The translations under genes and the position numbers were made by a program. From assembly GCA_946406665.1 (NCBI GenBank), contig CAMJLE010000002.1, forward strand, positions 1,200-65,199: a stretch of DNA of 64,000 nt, given 5' to 3'. This DNA comes from an uncultured Candidatus Saccharibacteria bacterium (GTDB taxonomy: Bacteria > Patescibacteriota > Saccharimonadia > Saccharimonadales > Saccharimonadaceae). The notes under the pieces are model-generated. The model searched no databases. It was not told the DNA's origin and saw only the letters and a program-made list of their open reading frames with translations. Below, piece after piece: positions 53,821 to 63,833 of the stretch (position 1 is the first letter of the stretch; the number at the start of each line of letters is the position of its first letter).

Positions 53821-56432
53821 TTTTTTCTAGTCTTACTGCTACTTCTAACGGAACGATACAATTGGTCGAGTTGCCGTTTACTAATTGCCCAGTATGACAG
53901 CCCGCACACTATACAGACGCACGCAATTGTGGCAACCGTAATCTCGATAGGTCCCGTGGCGGGCAGTTTATCCGTTTCCTCGATAGTTACGACGGCCGAA
54001 TCATCATCCTCACCACCATTCACTTCCGTAGTATCATCTATGCTCTCGTCTTTATCGTATGGTCTAGAATCTATGGGGCTATCCGCGGTACCGACAATTG
54101 GAGTTGGCGTAATTATTTGCCAAACCGCATAGAGCTTGACGCTTTCTGCATCCTTAATTATGTCGCCAGGTTGATAGCTAGCAGCCGTGCTGTCTTTATC
54201 GGTAGCCCACCCAATAAATAGATATCCAGAACGGGTCGGCCGAGTTTGAGGAAGCACTATCTCGCTCTCCGCGATAGAAATCGGAAGAGGTGCATTCGTG
54301 CCGCCATTTGCGTCAAAGGAAATCGTTTTTGATTCAAGTTCCCAAATCGCATATAAGCGTACATCGCTCTCGAATGACACCTGTTCGCCCGGTGTGTATT
54401 TTGCATCTTTTGAATCCGAGTCTATATTCCAACCGAGGAACTTGTAGTTGTCACGTGTGGGGATAGTTGCCGATAGGGTAAACGGTTGCCCAATAATTGC
54501 AGTCTGAGTGGCGGGGGCATTTGAGCCGCCATTTACGTCAAAAGCGACAGTGATATTTTGCTGTCGCCATACGGCAAAAAGCGTAATACTAACTGCGCCA
54601 TTATATTTCGCGCCAGGCTGATAGTCGGCCGCAGTGCCGCCCTTGCTTACGGACCATCCGATGAAGGTGTAGTCACTACGAGTTGGCTTAGTGCTCGACA
54701 ATACTAATTTACCAATTTCTGCGGTTGTCGCGATGGGCGCGCTGGAGCCGCCGTTTGCATCGTAAGTGACCGTAATCGTTTGCGCAACGGGAGTTGGCAA
54801 CGGAGTCGGAGTTGGGTTTGGAGCTGCTTTCCAGACGGCATAGAGTGTAATATCGGAATTCCCGGTAAAATCGCTTCCCGATACATATTTCGCACTAGTA
54901 GCGTTTTGACTATCAGACCAGCCAAGGAAGGTATAGCCACTACGAGTTGGTTGCACTTTAGATAGAGAAATCACTCTCCCTCCTGTTGCAGTTTGAGTCG
55001 CCGGTGCGCCAGAGCCGCCATTCGCATTATAAATAATGCGATAAGTGCCGCTCTTCCAAATAGCATAAAACGTGACCGCCCTCTTGGCGCTATATGTAGC
55101 ACCTGGTCGATAACTGGCGACGGTAGCTCCTTTGTTTGTAGACCAGCCAAGGAAGGTATAGCCACTACGAGTTGGCTTGATATCCGAGACGATGGCTGTT
55201 TCCGTCTGAGGAACTACTTGAGCTGAGGGCGCATTGGAGCCTCCATTTGCGTCGTAGCGGATCGTGTAAGTATTCTGCCGCCAGACCGCATAGAGCTTGA
55301 CGTTGGCATTCTTGCTGCCATAGGCCTTGAGATATTTTGCCCCTGCTGAATAGCTAGCCTTTGATGCGCTTTTGTTCGTAGACCAGCCAAGGAAGGTATA
55401 GCCACTACGAGTTGGTTTAGCGCTCGAGAGAGTCTTCCCTATTCCTACGTAGGCGGTTTGTCCTTTTGGCGCGCCAGAGCCACCATTGTCAAAATAAGAG
55501 ATGGTATAACTTTGGCGTAATTGCTTTAATAAATTCGGATCAGTTACTTTATAAATCGAATAATTGCCAGACGGGCCATTAAAGGCGAGGTATGGGATGT
55601 TTTTTTCGTCGAAATCCATACTCTCAACTTCGTACAGCGGATTGTCGATATAATAGGCGTGAGTAAAACTTCCATCCAAACCAAATTGATAAATAATAGT
55701 CGTATGTTTCTTGAAGACATCATCATAGGTTGTGCCCGCATAAGTACCGGCCGATTCCCAGGTCGGACGGTAAAGGTAGCCGTTATTATATGCGAGGCCT
55801 TGGTTGACTTGATTGTGTCGTTCATTGAAGCTGAAGATTAATTGATTCTTAGAATTAAATGAGCGAATTAGTGGACCCGCAGACATATGATATTCGTTGT
55901 GATCTCCATCGTAAGCGATACCGCTGCCGAATTGAACTTGTCCTTTGGCGTCAACTAGCTTGGCGATGCCTTTTTTCTCAAATGTGTTCGCATCAAGGCG
56001 AACGAGCACTTTTCGGCCCCCGTCGATTACGATGACCTCATTATTCTTCTCGTTCCAAGTAGCATCATTGCCGTGGCCCATATTATATACAGGTTTTCCA
56101 AGCACCGATGTTACATTTTTATTGTCGCTGCGACGTATTACTACGACCTGATTATGGTCCTCCTGTCCGGGCGGGCGCATGATTAGAACATAGTATTTAC
56201 TAGTCAACGTAAAACCCTGCAAACTACCAGCACCGCTTGGCAACTTTGCCGTTAAGACTTTTTTTAGTGAAAGACGCGTCATTTTACTCTTCGGATATTT
56301 TACGAGATCATGAGTAATTGCTTCTACAGGTTTTCCATGAATAGCGAAGAGGAGGCTGACGAAGACCGCCGCCATAAGTACGCACGCTCGTCGAACGATG
56401 TTCCGAATGCTGGAGATACTTCTTTTTTCCAT
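53817..56432 (-). CDS. LPXTG-anchored surface protein with six Listeria-Bacteroides-type (InlB B-repeat-like) repeats
   Basis: 871 aa with a signal peptide and an N-terminal ~300-aa globular domain. Six units follow of ..NGG.GAP......PTRSGYTFLGWS......Y.PG......LYAVW, then LPATG plus a hydrophobic stretch plus a basic tail. Confidence 0.75.
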   Translation of the reverse strand: MEKRSISSIRNIVRRACVLMAAVFVSLLFAIHGKPVEAITHDLVKYPKSKMTRLSLKKVLTAKLPSGAGSLQGFTLTSKYYVLIMRPPGQEDHNQVVVIRRSDNKNVTSVLGKPVYNMGHGNDATWNEKNNEVIVIDGGRKVLVRLDANTFEKKGIAKLVDAKGQVQFGSGIAYDGDHNEYHMSAGPLIRSFNSKNQLIFSFNERHNQVNQGLAYNNGYLYRPTWESAGTYAGTTYDDVFKKHTTIIYQFGLDGSFTHAYYIDNPLYEVESMDFDEKNIPYLAFNGPSGNYSIYKVTDPNLLKQLRQSYTISYFDNGGSGAPKGQTAYVGIGKTLSSAKPTRSGYTFLGWSTNKSASKASYSAGAKYLKAYGSKNANVKLYAVWRQNTYTIRYDANGGSNAPSAQVVPQTETAIVSDIKPTRSGYTFLGWSTNKGATVASYRPGATYSAKRAVTFYAIWKSGTYRIIYNANGGSGAPATQTATGGRVISLSKVQPTRSGYTFLGWSDSQNATSAKYVSGSDFTGNSDITLYAVWKAAPNPTPTPLPTPVAQTITVTYDANGGSSAPIATTAEIGKLVLSSTKPTRSDYTFIGWSVSKGGTAADYQPGAKYNGAVSITLFAVWRQQNITVAFDVNGGSNAPATQTAIIGQPFTLSATIPTRDNYKFLGWNIDSDSKDAKYTPGEQVSFESDVRLYAIWELESKTISFDANGGTNAPLPISIAESEIVLPQTRPTRSGYLFIGWATDKDSTAASYQPGDIIKDAESVKLYAVWQIITPTPIVGTADSPIDSRPYDKDESIDDTTEVNGGEDDDSAVVTIEETDKLPATGPIEITVATIACVCIVCGLSYWAISKRQLDQLYRSVRSSSKTRKN

Positions 56433-56514
56433 TCGATGTTTATTTGACCTATCTACACTTTGTGAGTATATGAGAAAGACACCTGTAAGTCAATCGAGCG
56501 ACCGCTAGTACCAA

Positions 56515-57411
56515 TTAACCGAAAAACGAACGTTTCTTAGCTTTGTCGAACTCTTCAATAAGCTCTTTCTGCTTACGTGTTATGTTCTTTGGAATTTCGA
56601 CATTTACCGTGACGATATGTGGACCGCGCTCATCGGAGCCGAGACGCGGGGCGCCGTGTCCGGATAGCTTAAAGTTAGTACCTGGCTGAGTGCCAGCCGG
56701 TATCTTCATAGTCACTTCTCCGTCCACAGTCTCGACGTCAACTTCTGTGCCGAGCACAGCTTCCACCATCGAGATTGTTACCTCGGAAAGAATCAAATCA
56801 CCTTCACGCGTTAGGCGCTTATGTGCGCGAACGCGCACCTCAACATAGAGATCGCCACGTTGACCGCCCTCTTGAGGGGCTGGGCCACCTTTGCCGTTGA
56901 GGCGAATAGACTGACCGTCGTAAATCCCCGCCGGAATTTTGAGCTTTATTTGTTCCCCATCAACACTAACATTTTTTGTGCAGCCAAAAATAGCTTCTTT
57001 AAAATCAATGGTTGTAGTCGTGCGATAATCACGACCGCGACGCACACCACGAAAACCGCCGCCGAACATGGCGCCGAGAATATCGTCGAGACCGCCAAAG
57101 CCGCCACCGCCGAAATCGAAGTTGAAACTTTGGCCATTGAAGTTGAATCCTTCGAACGGATTACCACCTGCACCGCCACCAGCACCGCCGACGCCGGAGT
57201 GCCCAAATTGGTCATAACGTTGGCGCTTGGTCTTATCGCTTAGAACAGAATATGCCTCATTCGCCTCTTTGAACTTCGCCTCTGCCTCTTTGTCGCCTGG
57301 ATTTTTGTCAGGATGGTATTTAATAGCAAGCTTGCGAAAAGCTTTCTTAATTTCATCATCAGAGGCGTTCTTATTTACGCCGAGAACTTCATAATAGTCT
57401 CTTTTGCTCAT
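56515..57411 (-). CDS. DnaJ-family co-chaperone lacking the zinc finger (CbpA/class B type)
   Basis: J domain with HPD ([10 protein letters not shown]), a Gly/Phe-rich region and C-terminal substrate-binding domains. No CxxCxGxG repeats. Confidence 0.8.
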   Translation of the reverse strand: MSKRDYYEVLGVNKNASDDEIKKAFRKLAIKYHPDKNPGDKEAEAKFKEANEAYSVLSDKTKRQRYDQFGHSGVGGAGGGAGGNPFEGFNFNGQSFNFDFGGGGFGGLDDILGAMFGGGFRGVRRGRDYRTTTTIDFKEAIFGCTKNVSVDGEQIKLKIPAGIYDGQSIRLNGKGGPAPQEGGQRGDLYVEVRVRAHKRLTREGDLILSEVTISMVEAVLGTEVDVETVDGEVTMKIPAGTQPGTNFKLSGHGAPRLGSDERGPHIVTVNVEIPKNITRKQKELIEEFDKAKKRSFFG

Positions 57412-57452
57412 GGACTAGATTATATATTTTAGCAGTCTATAGGTCAAGAGTG

Positions 57453-58403
57453 CTAAGAATTCATGAGGATGATACCGACGGATATGATTATCGCAGCAAC
57501 GACGTAGTACAAGATTATTTTCTTCGTCATTCGCTTTGCCGTAATAAACTTCGGAAAAGCGCGACCAAGGAACAACACGATAAAGAACGACACGAAAAGA
57601 TTAGACACACGAGCGATTGGCGCCAACAAAGAAACCACCGGCGCAACAATAAGTGCAAATTTATAAAGAATCTCGCCACCGAGCAAGGTAAAATTATCTG
57701 CAAGTTCGGCAAATAGGTAAAAGTGCCGGCGGCGGCTAGTAATGAAGGTACGCTTTAGCGCCTTGCGCCACGATTCAAAGAAGATGAAACACATAATTAC
57801 GGTAATCAGCGAACCGAGCTGGAAGAAGAAAAAACCTTGCGCAAAAAGCGTATAGTCTGCGATGCGATTACCAATAAACAACGCGTAGACGATGTCTGAG
57901 AGAATCGAGAAGAAACAATACACGATTGTCGTCAATGCTACGTCGACATTCGGGCTATGTTTTTCGCGCTTGCCGCTCGTGCCGAAAATCACAATTAACG
58001 TGGCTGCCATTATCATAACGAAGCCTAAGCTTTGGTTAGAATTAATCGTCTCGCCAAGCAGAAGTACGCCGAGCCCTATAGAGATAAGCGGAGCGACTTG
58101 GCCGAAAATCGTGACATCTATATTGTCGCCTTTCTGAATGGCTTTGTAATAGAAAATGGCCCCGGTAACATTAATAGCACCAGCCATCATTAGCCCGAGT
58201 GCGTTGCCGAGTGGCATCATAAAAACAGCGCGGCCAAAAATAAAGATTAATGCGATTATGGAAACCAAAAAACTCAGCGCATGCATAATAGCCAAAGAGC
58301 CTGCACGCTTTTTTGGCAAAGCAACGTCAGTAAGGTAATTTTGGATGTAGCCGTTGAAGCAGTAAAAAACAGATGCAGCAACGGGAAGAACTAGCCACCA
58401 CAT
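57453..58403 (-). CDS. EamA/DMT superfamily transporter
   Basis: 316 aa, about 10 TMs. Confidence 0.65.
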   Translation of the reverse strand: MWWLVLPVAASVFYCFNGYIQNYLTDVALPKKRAGSLAIMHALSFLVSIIALIFIFGRAVFMMPLGNALGLMMAGAINVTGAIFYYKAIQKGDNIDVTIFGQVAPLISIGLGVLLLGETINSNQSLGFVMIMAATLIVIFGTSGKREKHSPNVDVALTTIVYCFFSILSDIVYALFIGNRIADYTLFAQGFFFFQLGSLITVIMCFIFFESWRKALKRTFITSRRRHFYLFAELADNFTLLGGEILYKFALIVAPVVSLLAPIARVSNLFVSFFIVLFLGRAFPKFITAKRMTKKIILYYVVAAIIISVGIILMNS

Positions 58404-58430
58404 ATTATTATTATAACATAATAATAATGC

Positions 58431-59090
58431 TTATTTCTTGCTCCGTTTTGCCACTGCAGCGGCACTACTATCATTATCGAACGAATCGGCTATTTCGCGA
58501 CCAAAAAGGACGTACATTAGGGTGTCTAGGGTGACGTATCCCTCGATTTTCTCGTCTCGATTAATCACGATGCAGTATGAGCTATTGGTGCGCAAAAATG
58601 TCGCTAGGAGCATTTCGAGGGTATAGTCAGTGCGCACAAAGAATACGTCGGTGCTCATATATTTTGTAATCGGAGTTTCCTCGGTAATTGCTAGCGGATC
58701 GGCGTCATCAGTATTGAGAATACCGCAAACTTGATTATCCTGGTTTAAAACTGGAAAGCGAGTAGCGCCAGATTTGTATAGCTTGTCAAAAGTTAAAGGT
58801 CCAAGAAAATCCGTTTCATGCAAGAATTCCATATCGCGTTTTGGCGACATAATGACAGATACCGCCATTCTATCAAAGGCCATGGCGCTGGCAAGAAGGT
58901 TACGAGCCTGGGCGTCAAGCAAAGTTTTTGGCGTGCGCTTGATGACGCCAATTAATTCATCTTCGGTTTTTGGAGTAAATGGGGGTTCTTTCTTCTTTGG
59001 TGGACGATATTTTTCAAGCTTAGGATCGATAGCGGCCGTAAACTTTGCCATGATTCTATAAAAGAGTGATTTCTTGCTCTGGCTTGGCAT
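58431..59090 (-). CDS. CBS-pair domain protein (CorC/CNNM cytosolic part without DUF21 membrane domain)
   Basis: SVIMSPKRDMEFL...RFPVLNQDNQVCGIL...YMSTDVFFV...YCIVINRDEKIEGYVTL. Confidence 0.55.
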   Translation of the reverse strand: MPSQSKKSLFYRIMAKFTAAIDPKLEKYRPPKKKEPPFTPKTEDELIGVIKRTPKTLLDAQARNLLASAMAFDRMAVSVIMSPKRDMEFLHETDFLGPLTFDKLYKSGATRFPVLNQDNQVCGILNTDDADPLAITEETPITKYMSTDVFFVRTDYTLEMLLATFLRTNSSYCIVINRDEKIEGYVTLDTLMYVLFGREIADSFDNDSSAAAVAKRSKK

Positions 59091-59158
59091 AATGTATTTG
59101 CTCCGTTCCTCGTGCTATAATTATAGCATCTTATTAAGTGAGGATTCAGGAGTTACTA

Positions 59159-59887
59159 ATGAACAAGTTTACCGCAGTGGCAATTGCTGTATTAATTCTC
59201 TGCTTTGGCGGGTTGGTTTTATGGTCGGCGAATAGCAGAACGAAAAAAATGAACTTAGGAGATTACGACCCGGCTATCGTAATAGGAGCCGATGAGAATA
59301 ATGGAAATATCGGCGATCATGTTCGCGGAAAGGCCGACTCGAATGTTGTAATCGTAGAGTATGCCGATTTGTCATGTCCTGGCTGCGCTTCATTGATGCC
59401 TTATATGACTAAATTACACGAGGAATACGGTGATAGAGTTGCTTTTGTATTCAGGCATTTTCCGTTACAGTCCCATCCAAATTCACGTTCCGCCGCAGCA
59501 GCAATTGAAAGCGCGGCTAAGCAAGATTACTACTGGGAAATGCTGGAAGCGCTGTATGAAAATCGCTCAGACTGGTTAGTTGCTACTGGCCAAGAGCGCA
59601 CAGATATCTATGCGAAGATTTTTAAAGAGATTGCGCCCGATGGCAACGAAGAACAATTCCGACTCGACATGAACGACTCGGATATAGAAAAGAAAATCAG
59701 CTTCGATTACAATTTAGGCAAAGAACGTTCCAAAGTCAGTGCGACGCCATCGATTTTTATCAACGGAGAGCAGATAGATATCGCGGGCGATAGTACATCG
59801 AGCGAGGAGAGATCCTTCGAAGATGTCATTAAAGACGTAAAAAAGGTACTAGACGAACGCCTAAAGGGCGTCGAGAAAAAAGAATAA
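59159..59887 (+). CDS. DsbA-family thiol:disulfide oxidoreductase, membrane anchored
   Basis: CPGC active site (YADLSCPGCASL). The ATG at 59159 follows AGGAG; the track ORF starts at GTG 59138. Confidence 0.8.
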   Translation: MNKFTAVAIAVLILCFGGLVLWSANSRTKKMNLGDYDPAIVIGADENNGNIGDHVRGKADSNVVIVEYADLSCPGCASLMPYMTKLHEEYGDRVAFVFRHFPLQSHPNSRSAAAAIESAAKQDYYWEMLEALYENRSDWLVATGQERTDIYAKIFKEIAPDGNEEQFRLDMNDSDIEKKISFDYNLGKERSKVSATPSIFINGEQIDIAGDSTSSEERSFEDVIKDVKKVLDERLKGVEKKE

Positions 59888-59902
59888 GCCGTACATGACA
59901 AC

Positions 59903-59931
59903 AAAAAGCCTCCCAAAATGGGAGGTTTTTT
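59903..59931. terminator. Bidirectional intrinsic terminator
   Basis: AAAAAGCCTCCCAAAATGGGAGGTTTTTT. Confidence 0.75.
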
Positions 59932-59939
59932 GAATATTA

Positions 59940-60011
59940 CTACATTTCGATGTATTCATTCCATCGAAGTGTATCCACTCGCAGCGTCCCCTTACGAGTA
60001 CGCTTTTTCAT
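59940..60011 (-). CDS. Possible 23-aa basic small ORF (MKKRTRKGTLRVDTLRWNEYIEM)
   Basis: A strong SD (AGCAGGAGAAAACC-ATG) and its own TGCTATAAT promoter (complement of about 60091-99). It ends at the bidirectional terminator. Confidence 0.3.
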   Translation of the reverse strand: MKKRTRKGTLRVDTLRWNEYIEM

Positions 60012-60142
60012 GGTTTTCTCCTGCTTAGTAATGTACCGCTCTAAACGACCTTTGTCCCCTACCGATAATTACGGTTTTTGAAGCGGTAATAAGCATTATA
60101 GCAAAGATTTTTGGGCGCTTCAAGCATTAGCTTTTTATGCCA

Positions 60143-60721
60143 CTAGCGCTTCTTGAGAGCCTCTCTAATGCGGTCCTCAACCGGCAAGTTGATATCTATA
60201 CCGTCTAGCGCCTTTGTTGCGTCTGCTAACGTAAAGCCTAACGACATAAGAGCATCAAGCGCATCGTCATTTTTAGAAAGCGACTGCTGCTCTGGCTCCG
60301 TTTTTCGGCCATAATATGTCGGGAGCCCGACTTTATCTTTGAGATCAACGATGACACGCTCTGCAGATTTCTTGCCCACACCGCTAGCTTTCGAGATGTA
60401 GCCAGCGTCCGCGTTCGCAATCGCATTGCGCACTTCCTCTACTGGCGCAAGACTCAGGATGGCCATAGCGGCCTTCGGCCCAATCCCCTGCACCGTAATT
60501 AAAAGCTCAAAAAGCTTTTTGGCGGCAAGGCTAGAAAAGCCAAATAATTCTTCGGACTGCTCACGAATGTGATGGTATGTATATAGTTTTATATCGTCGT
60601 TGAGATTTATGTCGTCAAAATCAATGGCCGTAAGCGAAACCTCATACCCAACGCCGTTGACGTCAATAATAGCGGAATTAGCGAATTTTTCGGCAACTTG
60701 GCCGCGAACATGTGCAATCAT
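60143..60721 (-). CDS. ruvA: Holliday junction DNA-binding protein RuvA
   Basis: MIAHVRGQV..., HhH motifs (VQGIGPKAA, ASGVGKKSAERV), 192 aa. Confidence 0.9.
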   Translation of the reverse strand: MIAHVRGQVAEKFANSAIIDVNGVGYEVSLTAIDFDDINLNDDIKLYTYHHIREQSEELFGFSSLAAKKLFELLITVQGIGPKAAMAILSLAPVEEVRNAIANADAGYISKASGVGKKSAERVIVDLKDKVGLPTYYGRKTEPEQQSLSKNDDALDALMSLGFTLADATKALDGIDINLPVEDRIREALKKR

Positions 60722-60750
60722 AGGAGAATTATACTAGATTTCGCATCTTA

Positions 60751-61245
60751 TTATCTATAGGAAGCTCGAGTCATCAGGGCGTGCGTAATTGCCGCAGCGA
60801 GCGCATCGGCAGCATCATCGGGTTTAACGATTTGCCGCATGTTGAGAAACGTCCGAACAGCCTCTTGCATCTCTTGCTTCTTAGCGCGTCCATAGCCAGT
60901 CAAGGTTTGCTTAATCTGAAGTGGCGTGTATTCGAAAATCGGCAGATTGTGTTGCTTCGCAACAAGCAAGCAGACCCCCCTAGCTTCTGCAACCGTGATA
61001 CCCGTAGTGATATTTTGACTAAAAAACAATTTTTCGATAGCAAATTCGTCCGGATGAGTCTCTTCGATAATTTCATTCAGAGAATCAAATATGTCTAGTA
61101 ATCGATCGGCGAGCGGAGTATGGGCTGGCGTCGTGACGACACCTGCGGTCACCATGAGCGGTTGCTTATGAGTCGCAAAATCGACCACACCAAAACCGCA
61201 AATACCAGTACCTGGATCAATACCAAGAATACGCTTTGCTGACAT
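60751..61245 (-). CDS. ruvC: Holliday junction resolvase RuvC
   Basis: MSAKRILGIDPGTGICGFGVV. Start at ATG 61245; the track's extension overlaps the upstream gene. Confidence 0.9.
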   Translation of the reverse strand: MSAKRILGIDPGTGICGFGVVDFATHKQPLMVTAGVVTTPAHTPLADRLLDIFDSLNEIIEETHPDEFAIEKLFFSQNITTGITVAEARGVCLLVAKQHNLPIFEYTPLQIKQTLTGYGRAKKQEMQEAVRTFLNMRQIVKPDDAADALAAAITHALMTRASYR

Positions 61246-61252
61246 GGCATTA

Positions 61253-62812
61253 TTATACCCTACGAAACTTTGACAGAACACGCCGAGCAACACGGCAAAG
61301 CTCGCGTCGATATTGATATATGACATATATGATGCTTGCGGCCAATATGATTACAATTGTCGCTAATGCCGTAAATACTTTTGGGTTTTGATACGTTTCG
61401 CTATTATCTACGGGCGTAGGGGCGTAATCGACAGATTCGCCATCATTCTCGCGAATCTTGCGACATCGATTTGTCTCGGGATTACGCTCATAGCCATCTT
61501 TACAGGGGGCGAGATTGTTAGCGCTAGCAGTAGTTTTCTTGCGACAACGGTTCGTTTCTGGATTACGCTCATAGCCATCTTTACATGGAGCAAGCGCCAC
61601 CGCGGCCGTCTCTATTGTTTTGCAACGACGAGTGAGCGGATTAAGGTATTTTCCAGCAGGACATGTAATAGGCGTATTTTCTTGCTCTTTAATACAATTC
61701 CCGGTGGCCTTATTTATAATTTTTCCCGACGGGCAACTTTGAAATTCTTGGTATTTGTTTGGGGCGCCTGGGGTTGGCGAATATGTCTGGAGCCAGCCGG
61801 AATCGTCAGTGTCTATACCGAATAAGGCATAGGATACACCTTTTCTTTGACCGTGCGGATAGTTCACGGAGGCAACAATCGCATCCTGAACATCCTTTAT
61901 TACGATCGTGTTTGTGGCGGTCGGATTTTTTGTGAGCGCAAGCTCGGCATCTTGAAAGAGATAGTAGCCTCCCGGCGAAACAACCCCATCTAGGGCGAAT
62001 GACGATGTTTTATATTCTAGCGAGCATCCAGTAAGTGACAGGTTGTTTTGCGAGGGATTATATAGCTCTATAAATTGCTCTTGCGGCGAATTAATGTAGT
62101 AACTGTAGATTTCACTAATAACTATACCATCGCAAGAATCTTGCGGAAGGCTCTGCTCGGGTTCGACATTAATATCGGGCTCCGGCGATGACAGTTCTGG
62201 CGGCGCGGATTCTGGCGCCTTCTCCGCGATGCTGTCAAAATTTGGTTCTGGATAATATTTCTGCGTAACATAAGTGGAATTATCGGGGCAATCTTCTTCG
62301 CAGCGCACAATAGAAGTGTTGTCTTCTGCCTTAGTAGAGAACTTTGCGTAGTTTTGCTCGCATTCTATCTTCCCCCAGCAGACTTCGTCTATTAAATTCT
62401 CCCCATGATATAGCTCAAGCTTCCCTGCGGTGGAGGCTAAGCCGGCAGTGCCGAAATTATAGACGTAGGGGCTACTCGGGATGGAGCTATACTGGGGGTT
62501 GACAGATGCTCCGAGAATGAGGCGGTTAGATGAGAGTACTAGATTTTCGGCAAATGTTATTTCGCCCGCATGATTCCCTGAACTATTCGTATAAACGAGT
62601 CGGAATGACTCAAGTTCTAATTCCGAGTCATACATACGTTCTAGTTCTATAAAATCATAGTGCTGATTCGAATCATCATCCTTAAAGCCCGCGTTCATTG
62701 CATATATGCGCAAAAGCGGTTGACCAGAATCGTCTTCCGCAAAAGATGGGCGTGTTCAAATAAAACAGCTCGCGATAGTGATAATTGGCAAAATATACAA
62801 CAGTTTCTTCAT
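61253..62812 (-). CDS. Surface protein with two lamin-tail-like (LTD) domains, four CxxG..N..T..C repeats and C-terminal TM; signal peptide separated by an in-frame TGA
   Basis: FIELYNPSQNNLSLTGCSL (LTD). The repeats include APCKDGYERNPETNRCRK twice. The upstream in-frame ATG at 62812 gives MKKLLYILPIITIASCFI-TGA-TRPSFAEDDSGQPLL and continues into the track ORF (TTG 62713). Confidence 0.6.
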
Positions 62813-62890
62813 GCATTTAGAATAACCCCCCTCTAGACCTCGCCCCCAAGCATAAGTGCAATATTTTGTTAAGCATGCTAAACTGTAACC

Positions 62891-63574
62891 ATGAGCGATT
62901 TATTAAATATCGCTACAATAGTCCTGGCGGGCATTATTCAGGCTTCCCTTCAGTTGAGTTTGGGTGGTCTTGTTTTGCTGTACTATTCCAGCATGGGACA
63001 CCATAAGAGACGCAAAACTAGGTATTTGGCAAAAAGCTACATCTGGGGGGCAAGCGCAATCAGTTTCGTAATTGTCTGTGCGGGGGCATTTGTCTTGCAG
63101 AATACATTAGGCGGGCCAATACCGCACGGTTGGATGATGGTAGCAGTGGGTGCTCTAATAGCCTGCGCACTAGTGATGTTGCTAGGTTATTTTCGTGACG
63201 GAAATGGGACGGAGTTATGGTTACCGAAAAGTGTCTCCCGATACATAACCCGTCGAGCAAAGACTGCGAACGACAACGTCGAAGCGTTCTCACTCGGAAT
63301 GCTGAGCGCTTTCGCAGAGCTGCCAATTACTATAGTCACTTATTTTATAGTGGCCAACTGCCTAGTCGGCGTTAGGATGCCACTTGCTGCCGCCCTGCTC
63401 TATATAGTCATTGTCGCCACACCAATGATTGCATTAAAAGTCGGCATTAAGACTGGAAGGAATGCGATTGCCGTACAACAATGGCGAATTAGGAACAAAG
63501 GATTCGTTAAACTATTTGCGAGTAGCGGATTCGCAATAATGGCATTATTTATAGTCGCTTTTTGGGTATTGTAA
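62891..63574 (+). CDS. Hypothetical polytopic membrane protein
   Basis: 227 aa, about 6 TMs. TGCTAAACT ends 6 nt before the ATG, so the mRNA is possibly leaderless. Confidence 0.5.
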   Translation: MSDLLNIATIVLAGIIQASLQLSLGGLVLLYYSSMGHHKRRKTRYLAKSYIWGASAISFVIVCAGAFVLQNTLGGPIPHGWMMVAVGALIACALVMLLGYFRDGNGTELWLPKSVSRYITRRAKTANDNVEAFSLGMLSAFAELPITIVTYFIVANCLVGVRMPLAAALLYIVIVATPMIALKVGIKTGRNAIAVQQWRIRNKGFVKLFASSGFAIMALFIVAFWVL

Positions 63575-63831
63575 TGGGAAGAAAAAGAATTACCTACGAA
63601 TATACGCATGATGGCATAAAAGAGAGCATCCTGCGCCATGCAAAATCTTTACGCCTACCGGAAGGCTGGGGAGAACAGGTGGCCGAAAGAGTTGCGAAGG
63701 CAGCAGATAAATGGATAGACGACAAGGATGTGGTCACTGAAGACGATCTGCGAAACTTTATCAGCAAAGAACTTGACGATGTTAGCCCAGATATCGCTTT
63801 TGCTTATCGAAACCATGATAAAATAATATAA
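63562..63831 (+). CDS. Small ATP-cone-like domain protein
   Basis: 89 aa. Size and helical pattern resemble a stand-alone ATP-cone. Weak, from memory. Confidence 0.35.
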   Translation: MGIVMGRKRITYEYTHDGIKESILRHAKSLRLPEGWGEQVAERVAKAADKWIDDKDVVTEDDLRNFISKELDDVSPDIAFAYRNHDKII

Positions 63832-63833
63832 AG

